This document shows positions 27,401-37,900 of a DNA stretch of 64,000 bases, piece by piece; within the stretch, counting starts at the first letter, position 1, and each line of letters begins with the position of its first letter. The DNA is from Macrostomum hystrix (Eukaryota; Animalia; Platyhelminthes): the NCBI GenBank assembly GCA_950097015.1, contig CATNEN010000029.1:7068001-7132000 (forward strand), read 5' to 3'. Position numbers and translations under genes: made by a program. Under the pieces are notes generated by a model. The model was not told the DNA's origin. It did no database searches and worked only from the letters and a program-made list of their open reading frames with translations.

Positions 27401-27490
27401 GAAGCCAACGGCCGCGGCGGCGCCACTGTGGCGAGCATCACGGACGGTGCGATCAGAAGACTGGCTGCTGAAGAGCAGGCCAATGCTGAG
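15415..27490 (+). CDS. SLC6: SLC6/NSS transporter domain 1 (amino-acid transporter type). Exons 15415-15682, 16529-16660, 17229-17372, 17447-17567, 18126-18258, 18678-18812, 20410-20513, 20674-20798, 21438-21688, 22095-22292, 25639-25806, 27197-27490 (691 codons)
   Basis: RGVWSSKFDFFFACLGYGVGLANFLRFP, GIGWAM..IYY, KTPSEEYF, WTDASSQAFFSLG..SSYN, GSGLTFIAYP. All phases join in frame; one GC-AG intron. The C-terminal end depends on whether the 27490 donor is used. Confidence 0.9.
15705..16420. repeat. 25-bp intronic minisatellite
   Basis: Unit gggatctagagcttctcacctggat. Confidence 0.95.
16720..17180. repeat. Degenerate 10-11-bp intronic minisatellite
   Basis: Unit tgagtagacat. Confidence 0.85.
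17780..18050. repeat. 13-bp intronic minisatellite
   Basis: Unit ggattccccttcg. Confidence 0.9.
18405..18580. repeat. 17-bp intronic minisatellite
   Basis: Unit gggatcaactgaggttt. Confidence 0.95.
18845..20375. repeat. 27-bp intronic minisatellite
   Basis: Unit gggattacggagagattagtagacaca. Confidence 0.95.
20985..21342 (+). mobile_element. tRNA-derived SINE family A, near full length
   Basis: Head gggggtgagtggcagagcggctaacgcg...gagctcgattcc; conserved body; (tat)n tail. Confidence 0.85.
21837..22040 (+). mobile_element. tRNA-derived SINE family B
   Basis: Head tagcctagtggttagagcatcggactcacgacttgaaggtcggggttcgattcc; central cttcagttcacccagctgttaaatagg; palindrome cagtccatggactg. Confidence 0.85.
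22340..22615. repeat. ~16-bp intronic minisatellite
   Basis: Unit cacagatcccaacatt. Confidence 0.9.
23230..25535. repeat. 23-bp intronic minisatellite with an internal 943-bp (41-unit) duplication
   Basis: Unit tagaatcatcagcctt(caattcc/gaatccc); the rare gactcat variant occurs at 23441/24384 and 23671/24614. Confidence 0.95.
25905..26470. repeat. 15-bp intronic minisatellite
   Basis: Unit attcatggattgctg. Confidence 0.95.
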
Positions 27491-28489
27491 GTGAGAGGCT
27501 GTGTACATACTCGTGTAGGCTGTGTACACACTCGTGTAGGCTGTGTACACCATCAAGGAGGCTGTGTACATACTCGTGGAGGCTGTATACAGCGTAATCC
27601 GCTACAGCATTAGCAGGTTTTGTACACAGCCTCCGAAATTGTGTACACGGTACAGCGGAATAAAAATTATTTTTTACCCCGCTCACGTGTACACTTATCT
27701 GAAAGTGTACACGTTTTTTACGAGTGTGTTTCGAAAGACTAAAACCTTTTTTGTTCTACAACCAGACAGTAAAACTTTTAGCAGCCCACTGGAATAGATA
27801 ATTATGTATAGATGCGAGATTGTGTCTTGCTCCGTATTGAAAATAGAAAAGCAGGTGACCAAGAGATAAAAAAGTACAAATTTAAATAACAGTCGCATGC
27901 TTTACAAGCTTAGCTAATGGATTAGCAGTCTAAAAAACTGATGTTTGCGTGTTTTTCGTATTCAAGTCTGGTCCCATGGTTTTTTAGAAATTTTCTCTAA
28001 TCCATGGCAACAAAAATCGAAGCAAGATTGTTTAAACAAAATAATTTCCCGATGTGGAATCGAAGAAAATGATCAGGAAATGAGCTGCAAAAGCAGGGCT
28101 AGGTAAGAAGCGAGTATAACAAATGAGCTGCACGGTTTGATAAATGATGAATTGAGAAAAATGACAATAAGGCTGAATAAATTTATTTGCGATCAATTGG
28201 GAATAGATTGGCAGGTAGTCAAGGCAAGAAATAAAATTTAGAATAAACGAACCACAAGAAAAAATTCATAACAGAAATATGAATTTTCATAGAAAATAAT
28301 TGCACGAAAGCGAGGAATTTTTTACTAAATTCTGAATTGTGAATCACAAACTTAATTAGTTTACATTCGGGAAGTCATTGAATACTAAATGATCTTATAT
28401 ACGCACTGATCAGCAAATGCGTCACGCAAATTAACTAAATTACTCAATAGTTACTCAAATGAGTCATTAGTTATACGTATGAGACAGTG

Positions 28490-28865
28490 GTAACTATGAT
28501 GAGTCAGAAGCCCCTATGATTAGTCATTAGTTACTATGATGAGTCATTAGCTACCAGGATGAGTCATGAGCTACCAGGATGAGTCATTGGCTACTAGGAT
28601 GAGTCATTGGCTACTAGGATGAGTCATTAGCTACCAGGATAAGTCATTAGTTACCAGGATGAGTCATTAGCTACCAGGATGAGTCATTGGCTACTAGGAT
28701 GAGTCATTAGTTACCAGGATGAGTCATTAGCTACCAGGATAAGTCATTGGCTACCAGGATAAGTCATTAGTTACCAGGATGAGTCATTAGCTACCAGGAT
28801 GAGTCATTGGCTTCTAGGATGAGTCATTATAGTTACCAGGATGAGTCATTAGCTCCCAGGATGAG
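28490..28865. repeat. 20-bp minisatellite just upstream of the SLC6 domain-2 acceptor
   Basis: Unit gagtcattagctaccaggat. Confidence 0.95.
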
Positions 28866-28904
28866 AGACTCTTTGATCCCAATTTCCGATTTCCGATCGC
28901 TCAG

Positions 28905-31900
28905 ACCAAATCCCACGACAGCGAAGACGATGAGGATTATTGGCACGCCTGGCGGGGAAAGTACGACTTCTTCACCTCCTGCATGGCCTTCACTATCGGC
29001 CTGGGCAATGTCTGGCGATTCCCAGTGCTCTGCTTCAAATACGGCGGAGGTCGGAACCACATTTTCTTTCATTCATGCTAATAGAATATAACTGTTTTGG
29101 AGTCTTAATATATTTTCTATGAATATGTCCTCTTCCAGAAAATAAGATAATTTTCCCACCCAGTGGCTTAAAAGTTAGGAATAAATTTTCCCTTAACAGT
29201 AGTACTACCAAGCCATTTTGCCGGCCGTTTTTATACCAAGGGTTCCCAAAATACCATTTTTTGGCAGCGCCTGAATGCTAGCAGCGTTGGGTGGCGACTG
29301 ATTGGTTGACAGACTGGGTGATCGTGTACTGTGGTTGAGCTGCGCCTAATATTTAGGCTTGATCAGTGAAATTGGAGAAATTCGCGTCAGGGTGTCCATA
29401 GTGGCCTAGTTCCACCTGTTGTAGCCCTTGAAGGTCCAGCAGTCTGTCTAGATAAAGGTAGGTGACCACCGAAGACGGAGATGATGCAGGCACATTCGGC
29501 TGACATGCTGATAAATTTTGAAGGCCTGGCAAGGCCGCACTGAGGCGCAGTGCTAATTCGTGTATAGGGCTGCATGAAATACACTAAGCGCTTATGGGAA
29601 AAATCTGACCATCGGCCAGAACCATTGAATATCTCGACGGTCTCGAGAGCTGGTGGCTTGATTTTTGTATCAGAACGTGTTCTTAAGTTTTGTGTGCTTT
29701 GCGTTGCTCCGTTCGGGTGCAGCACAAAACATTGTCAGGGGAGCCCTGGCAGTTCTATTGTTAAATAGATGGGGAACTATTAGTCATAGAAGCAACTTTA
29801 AATAATTGGGATAATTTTCCTTCGCGACTAATTTCAGGAGCATTCTTCGCTCCCTACCTGATCATGATGATCATTTGCGGCATCCCAATCTACTTCCTTG
29901 AGCTCATCCTTGGCCAGTACTTCCGCGAGGGCTTCTACCGAGTGTGGAAGATTGTACCGATCAGTCGGGGCATCGGCATCGCGTCCTTCATCATCCTGTT
30001 GTACCTGTCAGTTTATTACAGCGCGATGGGAGCCCTGTGCCTGTATTATTTCTTCGCTTCTCTGGCGCCGGAGCTGCCGTGGGCCAGGTGCGGCTACAGC
30101 TTTAACAGCGCCAGTGAGTGTGCGGCCGCCACGGGAGTTCGGTTTAATTAACAAAAATTTAATTTCTTTACATTCAAAACTAATTTCCGCTTTCGCCGCG
30201 GAGAAAACACTGATTAGCACCTGTTTGTGTTAAAATTGTTTAACAAAGAATTAATCTATAATTACAGGAAAGGTAATAAAGGATTATAAATTTAATTAAA
30301 ATTGAAATAGGATGAAAGCATTAAATCTCAGAACTGTAGTGTTTGTTGTGAATAACCCAATCGGGCCAGACGTCCAGCCGACAGCTCAGCCGCAGCTATT
30401 GCGCGGCGCATCTGAAGGCGCGTACGGCTTTTCAGTCTGTGGACTGGGGGACGCCACACCCACCCACAATTACCCCCCCAGCTAATGCTGGTACCCATTT
30501 AACAGCTGGGTGAACTGAAGCAATGCATAGGTGAAGTATCTTGCTAAAGGACACAAATTGTTCTAGTGGAGTCAGGAATCGAACCCCCGACCTACAAGTC
30601 GTGAGTCCTACGCTCTGACCACATGGCTGCAACCCCTATTGTAAATAGATCTAGATTGAATGTTTAAATAAAGCCTAGCGGCGCCTCCAAAAGCAGTGTA
30701 CAACTGTCCAGTCCATGGACTGGGGGGCCGCCGCTCACCTCTCAAAATTCTATCCTAGCCACTGCTTTAGTCTACGGCAGTTTCTAGTAACATTTTTCAG
30801 CCCAAAGAAATCCCACTTAGTCATGCTCATCGGATATCTGATACCCAATGGAAATCAGTTGAAGACAGACAGGATCATAGATTTCTGGGGACAAAAAATG
30901 GTTTTCTAATGCTACGTGCTGTCTCACGAGCATCTGAAAGTTCAAAAGGCTCTAAAAATATACCAATTACTAACCATTGCCGCGCCCTTCTTATGTTCCT
31001 AAAATGATCATTAAATGGGATTTCGATTGATAAACTAATTTTAAAATAACTTAGCATAGCAACTATGTGACATCGCGGAACCCGCAATAATCACTGACCT
31101 ATAAGAGTTTGAGTAAATGAAGGCTAATTTCTTATTGGGATCTTTCCAAGCTAACGCTAAAGATAGATAGTATATACCGACCCCAGTTGGGCCAGACGTA
31201 CAGCCAGTGACGCAGCCGCAGCTATTGCATGGCGCTTCGCAATTCTGTCCATGTCGCTGACTCCTGAGCACACACGCACACAGATGCGAGCGAACCGTAG
31301 GCAGGCACACGCTCACTCAGGTGTGTACATCTGCCCTGACTTTCTCGTTGTTAGGCAGTGTACACTGTCACTGTGCCTTGGAGGTTGACCCACAAAAGGG
31401 CGAAAAAAACACGAAATTGCACCCCCAATAACCCAAGACAAGCCTTCTCTCCGCGTCTGCGCCCCAAATTAATCCCTGAGTTCGAAGCGGAATCGAACTC
31501 AGGGACCTTGGCACGCGAGGCGACCGCGTTAGACCGCTCTGCTACTCAACCCCTTAAACCGAATTATGAAATAATGAAATAATTAATTTTAATTAGCTCG
31601 TATATTAAAGCTAGAGATATTTAAGGCATGACAGTACCTACAATAATCGTAAATTTAATTGGCAGACTGTACAACGAATATCTATAACGAAAGCTGGATA
31701 GCTGGCGTTGGCGCCGATTTGAATGACACTTCAGCGGCTACAGCACCTGTGCTCAGCATTTCCAATTCTACGGTTGTCAACTACATCGTCGCCAGTCGGG
31801 AGTACTTCAGGTAAAATTGAGCTCTTTTTATTTTGTTAGCATGATATTAGCGGGCGCTTATGAGCATCAGGTGTGGATTAAATTTATCGAGTGCCTTTTG

Positions 31901-34900
31901 GCTTTTGGCAATTAGAAATTTGGAGATAATTTTCTATTACGAAAATATATTATATTTGAGGGTAAGGATAATTCCCTTAGTACTGATAGGTGTGATGCTA
32001 ACTAATTACAAAGTCTACTGATAAGTATAAAGCGAACTAATTACATAATCTACTGATAGGTGTGAAGCTAACTAACTACGTAATCAACTAATAGGTGAGA
32101 AGCTAACTAATTACGTAATCAACTGATAGGTGTGAAGCTAACTAATTATATAGTCTACTGATAGGTGTGAAGCTAACTAATTATATAGTCTACTGATAGG
32201 TGTGAAGTGGCAGGTGTAAAGCTGTTGCAAATTAAGCAATAAATCAACAAGTGCCAATCTGCAGCCAGCTCATTGTTGCCTCCTGTCCGCAATGCAGATT
32301 CGGAGTTCTCGGCCTTCCGCCTGATGGAGGCGGAGACTCGCAGGGCATCAACTGGCAGCTATGGGCTTGCTGTCTGCTAATGTGGATCCTCATAGCTGCG
32401 TCACTGTTTCACGGCATTCGCAATTCTGGAAAGGTAATAATAATATTATTTACAATAATTGATTTCATTCGCCCCAATTGGGCCATATGTGCAGTCGACA
32501 GCACAACTGCAGCTATTACGCGGCGCATCTGAAGGCTGCGTACAGCTTTTCAGTCCATTGACTGGGGGACGCCACACCCACCTTCAATTACCCCAGATAA
32601 TGCTGGCACCTATTTAACAGCTGGGTGAACTGAAGCAATGCAGATTTAGTTATATTGCTAAAGGACACAAATTGTTCCAGTGGGGTCGGGAATCGAACCC
32701 CCGACTTTCAAGTCGTGAGTCCGACGCTCTAACCACAAGGCTACAACCTGCTGGCCCCTATAGTACCGCTACTGTCCTATCAAATGCATTAACGGGTAGA
32801 AGTACCACAACTATAAGAAGTTAAACACAGTCTAAAGTGTTGTTCTGTTTGTTAACAGTTTTTTTAAACTATAAATTAATTCCAGACTTTTGAACGGCCG
32901 ATAAACATGGCGTCAATGATGGTAATAAAACGCAAAATAACAATCATAAAAAACCTGATAACAAGTGCTTGCAGTTTCTTAAATAACCAATTAACAGTAG
33001 AAAAACCACACTAAGAGCTATGTATTCCCCGTTTGTCCTCCAACGCAGTCTATGTCTTAAAGCATTTCATTTTTTGCCCCGGGAAATAAACGGAAATAAA
33101 CGCCCGGGCGGATAAACGGAACGTTTACCATAGACAACTCACAGACGTCTGGGGGGAATAAAAAGAATGTAGCTCAAAGCAAGCCATAGCTTAGACAGCC
33201 TTTCCAGCCCAAGGACTTTTATATAATAGCATCTGGACTGGAAACGAGAAATCAATTTCACAATTATTTTACCATATGAGGCCAATGTTTAGCCGAGCAC
33301 AGCGGCTCTCCAGAGAAACATATCTACTTAAGCCGTCACACATCTCAAGGCGCCTACATTCCAGGCATGCACATTGAATTTGGTGGAAATCCTATGTTGT
33401 AGAGAGAAATGGAGTCTACTTTTTTCGGAGAAGCATTTCCAATTGATTTCAATGGCGTTTCAAATTGGCATTCCATCGGTCCCCAGCTGTCCACAATGAT
33501 GGAGTGGTTGCTTCAACCTACTGTTGCTTCTTGATAAAGTCAATTGCAGGCAAGTACAAGGACATGGTGTCCATGTTTCCTGTGGCAAAGCTGATAGCAC
33601 AGAAGCTCAGTCACTGGTTCCAGGATGTCATGGATTTGCTGCGTAGCCTGCAGTTCTCCGTCATTGCAATATCCGTTGATAATGCACCAGTTAACAGAAA
33701 GTTCGTCGCCGATTTTCTGTGCGATGGAGACTTGAAGGAGTCAATTACTGACAAGGTCACAGGGCAGCCTATCTTCATTGTGATCGATCCCGTGCACAAC
33801 CTCAAGAACATATACAACAACTTCCAGACACGGAAATCATTTCGCTGCCCAGCATTCCCACCAGTTTTGATAGAAGCCTGCGACGCTCACTTTTGTCACA
33901 TCGGTGAGCTGTTCAATGCTGAAGCCAACAAGCCGGTGAGACTTGCTCACAAGCTCAGCCCTGCTGTGCTGAACCCTAAAAATATCGAGATGTCGTCAGT
34001 GAAGCTGGCAGTGGCAGTATTCTGTGATTCAACTCGAGATGCACTCAAATACTACACTGCACATGAGAATAAGAACTGGAGTGGCACCGCAGGATTTGTC
34101 AGTTTAGGAACTAGAAAGGAACTAGCCAGTTAACATTACATCTCTGGATTTCCGACATTTGAATTTCCGATCTTGCATTTCCCAATTTGACAGATTCCAT
34201 AGAAAGCAGGGGAAAAACTGGCCTCATGAGGTAGGTAATGGGTATTTCTTCGCTTCCAGTCCAGATGCTATTATATAGAAGTCCTTGTCCAGCCTTTCAC
34301 GCCTAGTGTACACTTTTTACCATAGACGCTTCTTCTTCAAACAGGTCTGCTTTTTACCATAGACTATGAACAGAGTCCGAGAGAGAGAGTCATAGTTTAT
34401 ACACAGAGCGTAAAAGTGCAATCAAAGTTGGCGGGCAAACGGGAAATATTATTCATTTACCCCCGGGGAAAGACCCCCCGGGGGTATTTCACAATAGCTT
34501 CTAAACTGGATGACCGGTTTTCGTGACAGTCTACCATCTGAATCAACATTTTCCGCACCTTTACGATGAGCTAACTTTCAAAGCCGTCCGACGTCAGCAT
34601 CGTCAAGATATTCAGCGATTCTTGTCGAAGATCATGGCGACAAGGACAACTAACATTGCTCTGAATAAACTCTATTGGCGAATCCATATTGGTTTAAAAT
34701 AAAAAAATTAACAATATAATCAACAATAATAGCAGACATGATTATATGATACCATTTTGTGAGCAGAAAATTTATGCATATTTTTGTGGCTTTTGCCACC
34801 AGACACCGCGACGAGAATCTTTGAACATCTTGACGATGCCGATGTTTCCTGATTCTGGAAGTTGTCTCATCGGATAGAGCGGAAAGTCTTATCCCGTGTT

Positions 34901-37900
34901 CTGCATTTTTATGACGATTGGTTGAATATTTTGGGAGATACAGAAAAAAGAAAATGTGAGTACTATTATTTACAGTAATAATAGTTTTTGACTAGTATTT
35001 GAAAATACGCAAACATGGAAATATGGAAATACCTCCTTGATCTAAAATTAAATGGTGCATTATCCTAATTTCTATTTTCGATCGCACCTGTTCACTTATT
35101 TTTCTTCTGTCAACAAAAACCAACTCAACCCAGATATTCAGCATCTGCATTGTACTCGGCCTGCTGCTCATTATTGTGCTGTTCATACTGGCAGTCAGGG
35201 ACACCAGATCCCTCATTGGGATCCGTCTGTTCATCCGGCCGAACTGGGAGATCCTGACCGAGCCGCAGGCCTGGTACGAGGCGCTGGTTCAGGTGTTCTA
35301 CAATCTGGGCATCGGTTTTGGCTGCCTCATCAACCTGTCCAGTTATAACCGGTTCCACACTGGCTGCAAGAAGTGCGACTTGAGAATGGCTTTGTTTTCA
35401 TCCAAATTCTTCTAAATAAGAAAATTAATTATCAAAGTTCCACTCAGCACTAAATCTCCCGGAACTGTTTTATTTTCCAATTCCAATTTTCCCACTTCCA
35501 ACTTTCCCGATTCAAACTTTTCCCAATTTGAATTTACTCAAATCAAATTCTACACGAATAAATTTTTCCCAATTCAAGTTTTTTTCCAAGTAAAAACAAT
35601 CCCAGCTCAAGTTGATCCCAATTCAAGTTAAACCCAATTCAAGTTAATCCCAATTTAAGTTAATCCCAATTCATGTTAATCCCAATTCAACTTAGTCCCA
35701 ATTCAAGTTAATCCTAATTCAAGTTAATCCCGATTAAATTTAATCCCAATTCAAGTTCATCCCGATTGAATTTAATCCCAATTCAAGTTATTCCCAATTT
35801 TAGTAAATCCAAATTCAAATTTAATCCTGTTTCAAGTTAATCCCAATTAAATTTTTCCTAAATCAAATTAATCTTGCTTTAGATTCTTATCAGTTGAAAT
35901 TCTTCCGAATTCAATTTTTCCAGCCGAAAATCATACCCAATCAAAATATCGCCCCACTGAGAGTTCGCTGACCATTCACCCGCAGGACGGCAGTTTCCGT
36001 GGCCATCATAGACTTCCTCGTCAGCTTCTTCTGCGGCTTCATCCTGTTCTCATTCGCTGGAATCATTCTGTCCACGGACAGCTCTTTGGACATCTCCAGC
36101 CTCTTCGATGACAGTGAGCTTTGGTTATAATCTTACTAGTACACTGACTGAACGCAAGTCATTGTTATTGTTTTTGTTGTGCATGCATCACGTCCCAGTC
36201 ACGTGACCTTCTCGCCTGGCTGCTGTTTACCCGCCGCTCAATTTACGCTTTTCTGTCCCACTGGCCAATCGACGCGCGGATTGCAGATCTTGGATTTCGC
36301 TACAGCGTCTTCCTCATGTCCGCGACATCGGCCTCGGCGAATCCCGGCTTCCGCTGGGCCACCTGCATCTGGAGCCTCATCCTGGCCCTGCTCAGCTTCT
36401 CATCCGAGTGCCTGCACACCCTAGTGCTCACCGATGTGCTCAACATCTGGCTGAAAGGCAGGTGCGCCAACGCACCCGCATCCGTTCGCTCAATTCTGGA
36501 CCGGTGGTGGCCGGTGCTGAGCCTGTTCTGCAGCCTGCTGGCATTCGCCTCTCTGCCGCTGTTTAGCGCGGTAACTATGCGCACCCCGACCCACAATGTC
36601 CGCCCATTTCGCTAACATTAACTTACATTCTAACATTTTTAGCGATTAATGACTAACTAAATAACCAGCGATAAATATAGCATTAACAGTAAGGACTACC
36701 AAGCCATTTTTCCGCCCGTTTTTATACCAAGGGGGGGGGAATTTCCCCCCCCCTGACAATTTTTTTGCTGCATCAGAACGAAACAATGCAAGCACACGAA
36801 ACTCAAGAACACGGGCCAACTTTTTGTTGCGCATCTTCTGAAACAAGAAACAAGTCGCCAACTCTTCAGACCGTCGAGATATTCAATGTTTCTGGCCGAA
36901 GGTCAGATTTTTCCCATAAGAGCTAGTGTATTTCATACACCACTATACACGAATTTGCACTGCGCCTCAGTGCGACCTTCAACAAGTGGCACCAGCCGAC
37001 TATGGAGTCCCTAAAGCGAATTTCTCTACTTTCTCTAATAAAGCCTCGATATTGGCCTAAACTCAACTATTACTTGTTTAAGGTCCAGCTACTCCGTCTA
37101 GATAAAGGTCGGTGACCGCCGAAGTCGGAGATGATGCAAGCACATTCGGGTGACATGCTGATAAAGTTTGAAGGTCTGGAAATGCCGCACATTGCGCAGT
37201 GCAAATTCGTGTATAGTGGTGTATGAAATACACTAGCTCTTATGGGAAAAATCGGACCTTCAACCAGAGCCATTGAATATCTCGACGGTCTAAAGAGCTG
37301 GCGACTTATTTCTTGTTTCAGAAGATGCGCAACAAAAAGTTGGCCCGTGTTCTTGAGTTTCGTGTGCTTGCAGAGAAAGTAGAGAAAACCCCCCCCTTGG
37401 TAGTTCTACTGTTAACAACGGAAAAACCACGCTATTTTACGCCCTGTGGAACGACCACTGGGGTATTTCAAATACCCGCTGCCTAATTCACGACAGCTCC
37501 CAAACCGAATGACCGATTTTTGTCCACCATATGAATCTAAATTCTCCGTCCAACGTCAGCATCGTCAAGATATTCAGTGATTCTTATCGAAGATCCTGGT
37601 GACAAGGACAACAACATTTTGTGATTCTGGAAGTTGTTGAATATTAAATATTTTAGGCGATCCTGAAAAAAGCAGAATGTAGATATTTTAAATGCTTCGT
37701 GGTCATTTCTATACTCTCAATTGGTCAAGGAAGGCCTTTTACTAACAAACAATGTCCCCAGGCTCCCTGGCTGTCATGTTCTCATCCTACTCGGTGCTGC
37801 TAGCCAGGCAACCAGCCTGGGTGAGCTCGCTGCTCTACTTCACCTCGGCTGGACTCACTATGCTCAACCTGGCCGTCAGCGCCGACTGCCTCTCGACCAT

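Noticed and set aside
27491-27613. Read-through C-terminus for SLC6 domain 1 (VRGCVHTRVGCVHTR...)
   Set aside because: Encoded by a 21-bp tandem repeat immediately after a consensus donor, as in other introns here; less favoured but not excluded (AATAAA at 27659).
28080-28102. ATG-containing mini-exon (MSCKSRA) as an independent start for domain 2
   Set aside because: It is phase 2 and would need the weak acceptor at 28921, which lies 17 nt downstream of a better AG at 28904; less favoured, needs RNA data to exclude.
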